A stretch of DNA of 62,361 nt, filler included, from Choristocarpus tenellus KU-1152 (taxonomy: Eukaryota; Protista; Phaeophyceae), in NCBI GenBank assembly GCA_964200185.2. It is 9 parts of 9 records of this genome, joined end to end, with 100 filler letters (N's around TTAATTAATTAA, not from the genome) between each part and the next. Parts side by side here need not be neighbours in the genome. Positions count along the whole stretch, not along the records: positions 18,189 to 23,413 come from CAXNAD020011438.1; positions 23,514 to 28,423 come from CAXNAD020012567.1; positions 28,524 to 31,996 come from CAXNAD020019803.1; 6 more parts are not named here. One strand, given 5' to 3'. This document shows, piece after piece, positions 18,317 through 31,996 of the stretch. Position 1 is the first letter of the stretch; the number at the start of each line of letters is the position of its first letter. A program made the position numbers and the translations under genes. Under the pieces are notes generated by a model. The model was not told the DNA's origin. It searched no databases and saw only the letters and a program-made list of their open reading frames with translations.

Positions 18317-21300
18317 CCAACAGGGCAAAGCCCACTACACCTCGGGCCATGGAGCCCAGTTGTATTCCCATAAGTTCCTCCAGGGCAAGGCACTTCACGC
18401 TTGCCATCAGGACAATAATATCCTGGGCTGAACAGGGTCAGGGATAATTTGTCTGCTAGGTTCAGGGTCATGGTAACATTTAGGGCTAGGACTGGGGAAA
18501 AGAGAGCACCACATGAGAACAGGCTTTAGGGCTCGAGGAGGTCACCATGTGCATACATTTCAAGCTTGGGAGGATTGAATGTCCTGGAGGGATAGGGTTT
18601 GGGTGAGACAAACTATTTTCGTTGAATCAATGTAGCTATGTGGCAGTGTGGTTGCCTGTGTAGGAAAGGGCCATCACATGAGGTAGGCTGTGCCGTTTAA
18701 CTCTCATCACTGCTTGTGCTCAAGGCGGTCTTGATGGACAACGATGGACATGAAAGCAAGGATCATGCACTTCGAGCGCAAGCCTCTACCTTGTATTCAA
18801 GGGCTGAAAACAGAGTGCTAAGGACAGGGAAAGGAATAGAACGTGACGTGCGACCCCAGAACTCCCGATTTTCCCCCCATTTTCAATATTTACGTGTTTC
18901 ATAGTATGTGCCCTGCACCATCAAGGCCGCTTCAGTGCACTACCTGTGCGAGCTAGGAGTTGATTAGAAACACATACATGGGAAGCATACCCCTGTCTTC
19001 AAACCAATTTTCAAAATAATTAATAGTTGGAGTGCCTCAGAAAAAGATGGAGAGTATGAGGGCAGCTGCACATAGATACAACTAACGTCTTCCTGCTCTC
19101 AAAATTAGACATTTTACCCTGTGCCTGGAGAAGGAAGGACTCTTGCTTCTTCTACCACGGCCCGGTCTTAACAAAAAAGAAAAACAAAGATCACTTCATC
19201 TAGAAGGTTCACGCACAAATTAGAAACAATGAACCGTCTCACCTACAGACTTCTGGACTCTCTGTCCCTCCCCTGCAATATGTTCCTGCCTTGCACCATC
19301 CACTGCACCCTATGACTCCCAGTCCATCGGTGTCCCCAAACATACCAGCAGGGCATGGTTGTGTTGATCCATCCCCTGAACACCAATGTCCTGGTGGGCA
19401 CAACCTCACTGCTGATCGGGTGAATAAAGAGTGTGGAGAACCTTCAGAGATGGTGAATCTTCCACTTGGTACCTGCCGTATCAATGAGGCAGTTGAGTGA
19501 TTCACGGGAGAACAAGGGCACAGTATGGTTTGTTTGGGAATGTGGGGTTGAGATATTTTGCTAAGATCGCATTAAAACAGTAGCCCCTTGCAAAGAGACA
19601 TTGCAAGGACAGGGAAATGGGTCGGCTGCTGATGATTGCGTGAGATGTAATAGCAAAAGAAGCATATTTTCCTTGAGTTGCTAGTGCTCTCACTACTTCA
19701 GCTTCGAGAGAATAGTTGCATTGAGCTACCATGTAGTCTATAGGGAAGTAGGGGATCTGATCATCCAGAGCCTCCCACCGGATAGGTAATTTCTTTCTTC
19801 TAGGGGTAGATTATTTCTTCATTAAAGGCCATCACACCGGCAAAGTCTGCCTTGTCCCCTCTGGGCAGTAGTTTCCCTCTCCACACTCTAGCTCAGTAGG
19901 TGATGTTGAACCCTCTGGGCAATAGTACCCAGGAGAACAGGGGCCCGAGCAAGCAGGGTCAGTGAGAGAAATCCCAGAGACGGATGGCGCTCCGTAGCGG
20001 CCACTAGGGCAGGGACGGCAACGGAACAGTACATCTGACGAACCGTCAAGGTAGTACCCTGGCCATGGTTTTAGGGTTAGGGACAATATGAGACTGGATT
20101 GAGCTATTTGTGGGAATCATAGGCTATGCTACAATAAAGCTCCCTTGATACATATATGGAGTCTGGAGGCCAATATGTGAGATAATATATCTTAGTCACT
20201 GGACAGGCCCAGTAAATTGAATGCATTTGTCATTCATCTAGATGCTGGTTGAAGGTCCAGTTGACAACACCCTTACCTCAGTTCCATGGACGTTTATTTA
20301 GAACCAATCACCAATCAACCTCGTGAATCTACCCAATTGTGCTTCTTCTAATCTCTCCCCACCCAGTTCCATCATCACCAGACCAGACTTTCACCTGCCG
20401 TGCATGACACCTGACTCCCACAACGCCCATCGTCTCCACAAAACCGACTGGAACATGTAGGATCGAAGGCTCCCAGGGCGCACGAGAACCTTGGTCCACT
20501 GTCGCAGGAGCCACACCTTTGGCCTGAGGATCTGTCACAAAAAAAAGAAAGAACAACAGTGCAGAGAGTGGAAGGATAAGAAAAAAAGGAAGAAAGCACT
20601 TTGAGTCTTCCTGTTAGGTAGCAGGCGGGACACACTCCGAGAGTTGAAATGCTTATCTCACACGCACTTTCAACAGAGGTATGAAGAAACAAGAGGGATC
20701 TATTGGTTGCACTGTGAACAATACCCTAACCCAGAGTGAAGTCTACCTTGAGGTGATGTACACTAAGTGTTCTGCCTTGCAAAGCATGATTATCACACAG
20801 TCGATTCTGCCCTCACCTCCCGTCAGGCGCTCCTGCAGCAAACTGGAATGTTCCCCATCCTCCGTGACTGAGGGGGAAGTCCATCAGTGTGAGTTTCTCA
20901 ATAGAGGCCAGAGGGACCCAAGTGCCATCACCATGGGAGCCAAGGAGCTGAAACCGCCTAGGGCATTCCCTGCTTCAAAAGGTTCCATTGGTGGCTGGCA
21001 CAGTGAAGGCGGAGCGTGTGGTTTGTGGTTCTGATACTCACACACATATATAGCATATTCACACACATTCAAGTATTCAAAAACCTAATGTAGAATAGGC
21101 AAGTATTCACAATTGTCATGCAGAATAACTATCAGCAATACTAACTGTGGTGCAAGAGGAACACGACCACGGGTGCATCTACTCTCATAGGCAGTATTTT
21201 ATCCCCAAGCCTCAAGCTCCTTGACTGCTATAGGAATTGGGGCTATGCAAGGACAGATGCCACCCCCCGGACCGAGGACATGGGAAACTCTTGTCACAAT

Positions 21301-23161
21301 GAGAAGTATTCATTCTACATTTGGTAGGCCTTGTCATCCCATCGTATATGGAGTTATGATACAGATTACTCATCAACAAGTATGTTCTTCATCCATTTTG
21401 TTCTTTTAAAAAATGTGTGAATGCATGAATACCCTTTCAAGTTTGGAAACATAGAAGAACTGAATCATTGCCGGGTGTTGGGAGGCAGTTGGATAAGGAC
21501 GATGAGGTGGGTGAAATGACCATTGCAGGGCTAGAGGTAGTTGCTTGATCTCTTGCTGACATAGGACATGCATGGAGGGATAAGAGAGAGCACTGGACAC
21601 ACTCAAAACTTTTTTTTTCAATTCGGAAAAATGTGTCTATCTTTGGGCAATCCAAGAAGGACCTGGGCATTGCCAGTATTCAGATCCAGAGACTAGCACA
21701 CAACAATAGATAGGGAAGTAATAAGTGAAAATGGAAATAACATATAGATAGTGTGCACAAAATTTATTCCATAGCCTTAACCTCCCTGCATCCCCAACAC
21801 AACTTAGTCAAAGTCAAAGTATCCATAGATAGAGGGCATGGATGAATGATCAGGATCTGTGGGACATCCTTCTTTTCGTATTTTCAATCACTTGTATAAC
21901 CCTCCACCCTCAATTCCTTGACGATGCCTATATCCAGAGAGTCCCACCTGCCACAGTCACGGCAACATGCATTTTCAATGTAGAAATGGGGGGTCAACCA
22001 TAAGGTTGAAAGGCCTAAATGAATAAAATAGGCTTAAACCTGGCTGCCTCTTGGATAATATGACTGCCAAATATGTTGTCGATCCAACCTCAATTCCAAC
22101 CCCTGAACCCTTACCTGACGCCTGAGCCATCAGTCAGATCGGGACTACACTGTAGTCCCACAGCAACTGGTAGGACCCCCTCCCTCTCTCCAAAATCAAA
22201 TGTCACATTTTGGACCCTAACGAGAGCATAGCCATTGCCAGCCTGCCGGCCAGACTCTGCACTTCTCCAGGAGGCGTCCATGCCATCGAAAGCCTTCCAG
22301 CAGGCATGGGCTGGCCCTTCCTCACTAGTGCATGTAGCAATATCTGATAGCTTACATTTTGAAATCGGACGATTTTGCAGCGTAGTTTATAGTGGTGAAA
22401 ATGGTGCTCTGTTTGAAAAGGTTCCAAGATGGACTGGGAAGGTTCCCCTCCTGCACCATAAAAGTTCATCCTGCTTCACCAAGATCCAAAAAGAAACTAA
22501 ATATATTGTCCCAAAAGAAAGGCGTAAGAAATCGTTCTCCAATTCGTGAAGTGCGCAATCCCTGCTCTAGACGAGCTCATGCTGCCTCTCTGGCAGCACC
22601 TCAGGGCAGTGCGTGGTGCCATGTACTCGAGCTCTGATGCTGCTCCTCCTTTGTCGTAGAAAATAATGAGATGAGCTGAACTTACAGACCTCAGAGTGCC
22701 TCGTTGGCAGCTTCTAACAATCAGCAGTTCTATGACTGCATGTCACAGTCAAACTGCATCGTCAACGCCATCGGCCTCGTGATTTGAATAAATTTGACGC
22801 AATAATTAGTACCGTCATCATCATGCCAGGCACACAAACGATACGGCACAGACACACACGAGCTTGCACATGATTCGTGTACCCGGCATGAAACCAGAAT
22901 AAGGAGTAAATATATATCAGGTTCCTGACAGGTGCATGAAGAGTGTCCAGTTCTTTCCCAGCCTACTATGAGTACAATCATCGGGGGAGTCTAAGGGCTA
23001 TCCTCACCTCTTTGGCACCCCTGGATTGCAAGGCTGCAACTACCTCGGCAGTGCGAACTCGGGTCAGTGATTCCATTCCCTCCAAGAAGTGAACCTCGCT
23101 CAGGCTAACAAAGCCACCACTTGCTCTTCTCAGTGTCTCCTGCAGCATGAGTCGTAGATAC
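18317..23161 (-). CDS. Partial gene: discoidin/F5-8-type-C-like domains followed by GCC2/GCC3 (ephrin-receptor-like) Cys-rich repeats; likely an extracellular or surface protein
   Basis: Phase-compatible exons 23161-23008, 22713-22686 (tentative microexon), 22343-22115, 20969-20817, 20531-20395, 20058-19838, 19472-19243 and 18427-18317. Peptides: RYLRLMLQE...SLSEVHF, ACWKAFDG...VTFDFG, ECPRRFQLLGSHGDGTW, then CRPCPSGRYG...CSGPCSPGYYCPEGS, CPPGHWC...PCPAGMFG, SPGYYCPDG...PCPGGTYG. Confidence 0.85.
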
Positions 23162-23636
23162 CTTTGGGGCCGTGAGTAAGCAATGTAGTTCCGAAGTAGG
23201 AGTTGTGGGTGCCATGAGTAAGCGCCCAGCAGTGTCAAGGGACAGGAAGGAAAAGTATTGTAAGGGTTGCTGCGTGAGGGAGGTAGTAATAGTGCACACC
23301 AGAGGTTGGGAAAATGTCTTCCAAATTGGGGACGAGAAACTGGAAATGAAGTATAGCGGGGGGGGGGGCAGGGGGAAGAAACGCGCTCTTGAAGGTGTCA
23401 TGGGAGTTGGCAGNNNNNNNNNNNNNNNNNNNNNNNNNNNNNNNNNNNNNNNNNNNNTTAATTAATTAANNNNNNNNNNNNNNNNNNNNNNNNNNNNNNN
23501 NNNNNNNNNNNNNAGGATATCAAAGGGTCAAATCCCCCCCCAGCACTATCACAACCCCCCGGGGCAGCCCCCCTCCCCCCCCCCCCCCCCTTCTCTCCTC
23601 TTCAATCCACAAACAGATGTATCCATCCATTCCCAC

Positions 23637-26600
23637 CTTGGACTTGGACTTGGTCGTTCTTGGCGACAGACCTTGATGGCTGTTCACACTGGCTACTCCT
23701 GCCCTGGAGCTAGCCCTGGAGGCAATGGCTGCAGCTCCGGGGGCTTTCGCCTTGAGTGCAGCCAAACGAGTCTTGGTGTGTACCTTCGCTTGGGTTGCCC
23801 ATGGAACCAGCAAGCCCCTGACAGTTGCACACAGAAGTCAGAAAAATAATATGATTTGGGGCAGGGCAGGGCAGGGGGAACGAGCAGCGCCTTCCAGGTC
23901 ACACTCTTGAATGTACGTTTGAACAAAAAAGTTACAATGGGTGAATCAGATTGTGGTATATGCTCGTGTCAATGCATCCTTTCACATCACATCACATTAA
24001 TTAATTAATTTAAAAAAATGGAAACAGAGGCGTTATTCAACGAGAGTCCTCTCCTCCCCCACCAAGACAAGGAATATGCCTTGTGATTCAATCTTCGCAA
24101 TACTTAAAAAAAAGACACTCAACCAATAAGAAACCCTCCCGACTAATTGTACAATGGAATAAAAAGGTTTGAGGTGTCTGGCACAAAGGCTTACTACCAT
24201 GCCTGTCAGGAACCCCTCGAGAATCCCTCCCCATACTCACGGAAAACCATGGCCGGAACTCTGCCTCCGGTGTCGGGGTATTTATTATGAATTATAAAGC
24301 AGAGAGATCAGTTGACTGGCTTTATGCCATAAAAATAACAATAACAATACACATACAAACCCAAGTCCCCACAAATAGTACAATCCCTCTCTTCAATATC
24401 CTTGTGTACCATTCACTATACAGCGATACAGCATACAGCGATTACATGGTTATTATATTATATTATATTATATTATAATATTATATTATCGTATTGCAGC
24501 ACCATCTCACAAAATACAACAGGCCAACAGGCCAAATACAAATACGAACACGCAGGTCAACCAATGCCTTAACACACAGTAACAAAAAAAAACAAAAACA
24601 CGCCTCCCCCCCGCAAAATTCAGAAAAAAAGGCCAGCCCTAACAACTACTCAATTCCGAGGAAATATTAAGAATAGTTTTAAATGCAATGAACCGACACA
24701 TTAGTATGTTCCAAACCAGCTGATACGCCTGACCAAGATTCGTACATTGCAACACAAAAGGCCCTTCTACTCAAACCCTAACCCTAACCCTAACCTTTTA
24801 AATATATATTTTTGATATATTCTAAGAAAATATATACTCAGATCAACACCGATGAAAAAAAACAACAAAAAAACTAACAATCGCTTGCTCTGTGGTACAC
24901 ACTTTTTTTTTTTCTAAAGTCAAGTATTTTTATTACTGTTGTATTTTTATCAACAGAGAATTTTCTTATTAAAAAAAAAAGGTACACGAGAGTAAGAATT
25001 AAAATAAAAAATATTATCTTGCAAATACTCCTCGTCCCGCTTTTTAAAATTGCATTATTATTTGAATTTGAGTTCAATAAACACTGTGCCCTTGTGTCTT
25101 GCCCCCGTACCTCCTCCCTCCCAATGCCTTCATACACAATAACAGAACACTCGCCTGTAATTAGAGCACATTCCATGTAACGATGTCCCCCCAATAAACT
25201 CGTCATCAAACACCACCTCCACGCACCCGCTGTGGCTATGGCACGCCACCACAGAGCCCCAGAGCCCAAAAGGCACCCCTCTGGCACTCATATTCACCAC
25301 CCTGAAAAAATAAAAAAAGTAAAAAAAGAGATGGGAAAATGAAAATAAAAGGTATGTTTGCCATTATCTTCATATTATTTATTAAAATAGAAAAATATAG
25401 TTAAAAATAAATAAATATTGTTCATGCCATCCTACAACCAGAACACTAATAAAAAACAAAAAACACACACATGTTAGTTGTTCCAATTAACCCTAACCCT
25501 TTGAAAGAGCCAGATTACTTTTCTTAAAGCATCAATAATAATAATATTAATATCTCAGTCAGTCTATATCCCTTACCACATGTAACACAAGGAGTTTCTA
25601 TGAGAAAATCACAAAAATTAATAATATGTCCATATGGTGAGCCTTAAATATATATATATATATCATGGAAGCAACCCGGTTCCAATAAAGATCCAAAATG
25701 TCAGTAAAACAAAAAATAGTTGACCGTTAATTCTTTGTAGATACACACACACCATCGACCAATCAATGTCCAACAAACTCCCGAAGAAAATAACATTAAA
25801 AAAAAATTCACCATAACATTTCTAAAATTTTCTCCTTCACTTTACAACTTGGGCATACACAGCTAGCTGAGCTGCTCTGTGGTGAATGTCCACAAATAAT
25901 ATAAAAATGATAAAACATAAAGATTCGTTCTTCGAATGACAAGTTGATTGACATGACATGACATGACATGACATGAGTGAGCAGACCGTCATGTTCCCAT
26001 ATGACTGTCACCTGTCACCTCTCAAGAGTCACCCAAACAAAAAAATGTATGAAGAATCGCCCAGATACAGCCTGAGAAAAACCTCACTGCATACATACAT
26101 TTCTCACCCTAACCCTAACCCTAACCCTAACCCTATAAATATATATTTATAGGGTTGGCCTTACACCCTCTCCTAGTACATTTTTTTTAACACTGTTTTA
26201 ATTTTTTTATAAAAGAAAAAAGTACACATGTAATTCAAAATGCCTTAGAAAATTCAAACACATCCCAAATTCTCTCTTCAACTACTTCTTAAGACATCTC
26301 TCCCCTCCCCCTCCCCCAGAAAAAAACAAACTCAACCTTCACCACAATGGGGATACTTCCCTGTGTCGATTCTACCCTCACCTATCCCCAAGTTCGGGCT
26401 CCTCCCCCCCAGTATCCATTGGGGCATCCGTGTGCTCCGCCACCTCATAAGCAAGTACTTTAGAAGGATCCAATCCCTTCACAGAACAGAACAGTTCATT
26501 TTATTTTTTAGATTTAAGTGTATAATCAACAATATACGTAAAAATATTAATTAAAAACCCATTCGTGAGAGATTAGTCGATAAACTCAAAGAAAAATTCA

Positions 26601-27646
26601 CCACAGAGGCCATTGAATCTTTCTTAAACTATTTGTAGACATTTTCAAGTCAGTTAATCAACCAATGACACACAAACAAGTTAGTTAATCAACCAATGAC
26701 ACACAAGACCGAACAAGATGACAACATCCAACACAAACAGAGTAAAACAATTCCACTCACTATACAACATTTCTATAACCCTAACCCACACAAACGAAAG
26801 TAATCCCAAGAAGAGACCTAACCCTAACTCTAACCCACACAAGAAGGTCACCATACAGCTCCTCCTACCCATCTGTTCATATATATATATAAAACATACA
26901 TACAACAACAAATTTGGGTTTACCATCAAGTAACTATTGTGTCCTGACTCCAAATATATCCTACCAGTAATCTCTGATAGGATTAGAGCAGTCTATCGGA
27001 ACTATTGTCTATTACCCCATGTTAACCCCCCCCCCCCTATTTCAGTGCTATACTAGCACCAGCACATTCACTCTTATTCCAGAATAATATAAGAAACTAA
27101 ATACCCCCCCCTCCCCCAAATGACACCAGCAGCATCAACACACAACTCAAATTGCGCATAATTGATTAACATCCCCAATACCCCAATTTTTACCCACCAT
27201 GATATCACCAACGATTCATACCCCAATACCCCTTTACTTTTCTCAATCAGGTGTGCATTACCTCCTCTGGACCACCTTCCATGACCAAGGTCTGAGAACA
27301 CTCCTATCCCAACAACAACAACAATAATAATAATAATATTAAGGTGTGCTTTAACATGGTACCGCCCTGTAGGAACACCACAGAGCTCCAGCTCCAGAGC
27401 CTACTCTTAAAAAATCTCCCTTTCCCAATTTCCCAAAGAAATGCCTTCCAAGGAGGGTAAAAAAAAGTCACCATCAACACCACCATGACGTACTTACTTC
27501 ACCTTGCCCACAACATAACCAACACAATGCACTACACAAGACTCACCTCCAAAATAACCTTCTTAACCAGACCATTCTTGACCAAAATCGCCTGTCTCAC
27601 ATCCGATGCCCGCTCAACAGCCCTGACAGCTTCCTGGGTGAGCGCC
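23637..27646 (-). CDS. XRN1: 5'-3' exoribonuclease XRN1, internal exons (SH3-like region), partial
   Basis: Exons 27646-27547, 26476-26382, 25301-25155 (GC donor) and 23817-23637 give ...PELGDRVVNMSARGVPFGLWGSVVACH...VEVVFDDEFIGGTSLHGMCSNYRGLLVPW, the LGDRVV...VPFG...VVFDxxFIGG signature of Xrn1. Confidence 0.88.
26107..26156. repeat. (CCCTAA)4 tract running into a perfect 28-bp palindrome
   Basis: AACCCTATAAATATATATTTATAGGGTT (26129-26156) equals its own reverse complement; it lies in an XRN1 intron. Confidence 0.9.
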
Positions 27647-28523
27647 CTGCCCACAAAGAAAAAATAAACAAGATTTTATTATGTACGTAAAATATATTAT
27701 GTATGATAAAATAAAAATATCATGTATTATACACACACACACACATATATATATATGTATGTATATATATAAATTTCTACCCCCTCTGAAAAAAAAAAAC
27801 CGAACAAGATTGTATCAATCATAAAAAGAGTATTTTCATCACACCACATTCTACTTTTTTAAAATTTTATTTTTAAAGTGAGAAAAACGTCACCGCCTAC
27901 ACTGCAGCAGTACAAAAAAAAATTTAAACCAGGCAATACAGAAAAAAAAGAAAAGTCACCACCCTACCACCAAAAATGCAAAACAATAAAAAAAAACCCA
28001 ATGAGGGGTAACACGGTAAGTGAAGTATCTTAACGGCGTAAAATTTCATCACACATTATATTATTATTATCATTTATATCTATATTATTATTATTATCAT
28101 TTATATATATCACCTCAAAAAGAAAAAGGTTAAATCACTTGCGCAGTAAATCAAGAATACAACAAAAATAATAATAATAAAAATAATTGAGGTCTGAGGC
28201 GTTCAAGAAACAACGCCATCTATATTCTAGACACACCAATGTTTACAAAAGGGGAAAAGGGAAGGGGGAAGGGTTAGGGTTAAAATCTAATCGGAAACTA
28301 GTCAATTAAAAAAAAAGGTCACCAATAAAATCAACTTGAAAAAAAAAAAAATTGAACAGAAAAAAATGCACTTCCCCCCCCCCCCCCCGCTCCTCCTCGG
28401 CCTTATCGTGATCAAATCCGACCNNNNNNNNNNNNNNNNNNNNNNNNNNNNNNNNNNNNNNNNNNNNTTAATTAATTAANNNNNNNNNNNNNNNNNNNNN
28501 NNNNNNNNNNNNNNNNNNNNNNN

Positions 28524-28640
28524 TAGAGGTTTCGAGTTTTTTCCTGTTTGTCCATTTGGGGCTTGGCTTCCCATGTTTTTTTTTATATCATTTACCTACT
28601 CCAAAATGTTTCGGAGTAGGTATCACACGATATCTACTCC
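28524..28640. mobile_element. MITE family B, partial, at a contig start
   Basis: tagaggtttcgagttttttcctgtttgtccatttgggg...cctactccaaaatgtttcggagtagg. Confidence 0.75.
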
Positions 28641-28733
28641 TATTCAATGGAAGAATGAAACACCGTGTGAGCATCTGACGGGCAAAACTTCTGTTCGCAT
28701 AAGGAGATGCTTTGAAGTACTGTACACACCAAA

Positions 28734-31700
28734 TGTTGTTATCAGTACACATGAAGAAGAATTTATGTATGCAGCAAGATTATGTGTGTAGAACGGTAGA
28801 TTAGTCATAGATCGGGACATTGGAATATAGAGACGAAATATTTCCAAGAATATTTCTATCGGAAATTTACTGGAAATATTTCTATCGGTATCTACCGGAA
28901 ATGCTTCTACCGCTAGCCTACTGGAATTGCGTTAAAGCGTGATTATGGAGACTAGGAACTACCTCCCCTTATGGATAGGACTCACTCTTCGCTTTAACTT
29001 AATAAAGCACATTCTATACCATCATCTTCTTGGTAAAGCATCACGCTTTTTGGGAGCATGCGAACACGATTAAAAACGAGCTATCTTCTGTATAGTGCAC
29101 TACGGACCAAAGGGGGGTACGTGTACTGCTTAATTTAACGAGGCAGCAGAAGGAAAAGTCAGGGACGTCATGGGTTCAGGGGGTGACTGAGATATGGCGG
29201 CAGAAATCGAGGCAACTGTTCAAGGCAGAAATCAAGGCACAGCTAGGGGAGCGTGTGGCTGTGGCCGTAGCTAATGTGTTGGCCCAGAAAGGAGGGCAGG
29301 TTGCAATAGGGCGGTCGGAACAACAGGAATAGCAGTTGAAATCACAACCCCTGCAAAGGAGCAGGGATTCTACGTACTGATTGGAGGTACCCGTGTGGAA
29401 CGGTTGAGACTGAAGAGTGGATTGATGGAAAACTCTCTCCAGAGCTGTTATAGTGACGACCAGGACATTGTGCGCGTTCAGCGGGGAGCTGGACTATCTG
29501 CAGGAAGGAGCAGGTCGAGGGAGAGCGGATAGGTGGGACATTTACAACAAGGGAAGAGGATGGGACTTCTCAGTGGTTGTAAGGGAATGGTGCTGGAGAT
29601 ATTGATGGAGCACAAGGGAGCCAGAACAACCATGGACACGTTGTGTGAGTATTATGAACCTCGTACTTTGGATGAGAGACTTCAGGTTCGAGACGAATTC
29701 CGGTCCATTAAGCTTGGACCTGGGAGGAACCCCAACCATTTATTCTCAAAGTCCGTCGACTGGGTAAAAGGCTGACTTCATTGGGACAAGTGATCAGCGA
29801 TGAGGAATTGAACGTAACCATTCTGGCTGGACCACCAGAAGAGTAGATATTCTTGGGGAACAAGAAAACTTGAAAGGGTATTCACTGATTTGAGTGGACC
29901 TAAGCTGGTGGGTAGCCTAGGGTATTACTACTACTATTCCATGATTTTCGTCGATGACTGCACCCAGATGAAATGGATATAATTCCTGGAAAAGACGAAC
30001 AGTGCTGCAGATGCACTAGCGAATTTAATCTTGGATGTGACTGCGCCGAGTGAAATACAGATGGGCTATATTTGGACTGATGAAGCTCAAGAATTTTCAA
30101 GTGCTGCTTTCCAAGCTGTCCTGAAGAAGCATGGCATCCACCAGGAGTTTGCAGGTGCTTTTACCCCGGAATAGAATGGTGTCACAGAACGAGCATGGGG
30201 ATTGATCGCTGAGAAAGCAATGGCAATGATAGATTGTGCTGGACTTCAAAGGGTGCCTCAATTTATGGGCTGAAGCTCAGAATTGTGCTTGTGATCTGAG
30301 CACTATGTGTGTAACTCGACCCAATGAGGGTTGGATTTCTGAGTGAAGGCATCTTAGAGGGTATGAATTATGCCCTGTTTGTCTGTTTGGGCTTGGCGTC
30401 CCAAGGGTTTTCATGACATTCTCCTACTCCGAAATGTTTCGGAGTAGGTAATATGTATACATCATGAAAAGGAGTGTCCGGGACAAGGATATTGACACTT
30501 CCTAACAAACACGATAGCCAAAATTACATCAAAATCGCAACATTGGGTTTTTGGCGCAAAACGGACACGGCTGTACCCTCTAAGATACTTTGACTCTTCT
30601 CCCCACGAGTTCTGGCATGGTGAATCGGGAAGGTCCAAAATTTGCTAAGCTTTGGGACTGTGGGACACATTCGGGGGGCTTCACGGAAGCACAAACTGGA
30701 TGTGCGAGACTCAACGAAAGAAGTCCATGCTCTGTGGAGAGGCTTGTTACCTTGACTGGCAAGGGTTTCCGTAGATGGTTTTAACTCTGTATGTATTACA
30801 TCCAAGTGTGGATCAGGGGCACTATTGCAGAGTGAGCACGATGAGGCGCTCAGTGGGGCAATGACAACCAGTGGAAAAATAATAAACAACAATTAACTTG
30901 CATCTGGTGTCTTATGGATATAAAAAAGAACAGAGATGACCGATAACACAAAGAGAAAATAAGAACAGAAGGTAACAGCGGAATACACTTGGAACAGGTT
31001 CCGAAGCAACTTGGATGACGCGTGGTATGATGTTCCTGTGTGGGATGTGTATCAACTGAATACCAACTGATGCTATACTTCTATCTACTGTCTTGGATGT
31101 GATGATGAGTTGGGATGGGCAATAAATAAATGGACAATAACGACCAGTGCAGTGCCCCCATCAACACTCAGAACAAGCTGGGAGTTTTTGTATTATATCA
31201 ACAAGAAACAAATGAGTAGCCTAAGTTTTAAAAAAGCACTATTTGCTACCTTGGCAAAATGATGCCTCTGAAGATTTGTACAGGAAGTGATTCAAAACGC
31301 TGCGAAGATGCCAATGGCATTTCCTGGTGGAATAGCCAACACACTGCCACCTGAGCCTCGATCCTGTCACGAAGCTTTACAATCTCCAGAGGCATCATTT
31401 AGGCAGGACACTATGATGACGGAGTTGCTTAAACTAGTTGAAACTGGGGTTTGGGATGAGGTGCAAATTTCATCAGATCGCTACGTAGTCCGATCCAAAT
31501 GGGTGTTTAAGAGAAAGGTAAATTCCGAGGGAGAAGTAGATGGGTACAAAGCCCGCCAAGCGGTCATGGGAAAAAGGTAAATCCCTGGACTAGACTAGAC
31601 TACACCCGAGAAATTTGTAACCATGCCATCGAGAAGTACTTTATGGTTGGTGATGGCAATCGATGTACATGGAACTATGACATGCTGATGTTGGACAGGT

Positions 31701-31780
31701 TTTTGTTCAAGCAGATGTCAAGGAGGACATTTACATAGAACTGTTAAAGTATCCCCAAAATCATCAAAGAGGGTAAAGGT
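28734..31780 (+). mobile_element. Degenerate Ty1/Copia LTR retrotransposon (putative 5' LTR ~28734-29030, gag, integrase, start of RT)
   Basis: gag-like LCEYYEPRTLDERLQVRDEFRSIKL. Integrase VFTDLSGP...IFVDD...TDEAQEF...HGIHQEF...TPE*NGVTER...LWAEA...SPHEFWHG. RT EPRSCHEAL...SKWVFKRK...YKAR, in Copia INT-before-RT order. TG start at 28734, AATAAA near 29001 and PBS-like TGGTA at 29031; LTR limits are tentative. Confidence 0.9.
30341..30596. mobile_element. MITE family B, full copy (256 bp), inserted in the Copia integrase
   Basis: gagtgaaggcatcttagagggta...taccctctaagatactttgactc with TSD TTCT on both sides. Removing it restores NEGWISPHEFWHG. Confidence 0.92.
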
Positions 31781-31914
31781 AATAAACCCGGTGATATTGC
31801 TTGGTGTCTGTAGAGTAATTGATTAAATTTAGGTGGGGCATGCAAGGCCCCATAAAATCAGAAATATTTCCTTTTATATGAGAAAAATTATCATTTAACT
31901 AATCACTAGTAAAA

Positions 31915-31996
31915 GGCTCAAAGTATCTGGGAGGGGGTAGCGGCTGTCCATTTGAGGTCAATTTTTCATGTCGCTATTTTTGGGTGATTTGGTTCC
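31915..31996. mobile_element. MITE family A, truncated by a contig end
   Basis: ggctcaaagtatctgggagggggtagcggctgtccatttg. Confidence 0.85.

Noticed and set aside
22141-22159. Palindrome GGGACTACA-C-TGTAGTCCC
   Set aside because: It is a single 9-bp arm inside a coding exon and is compatible with chance.
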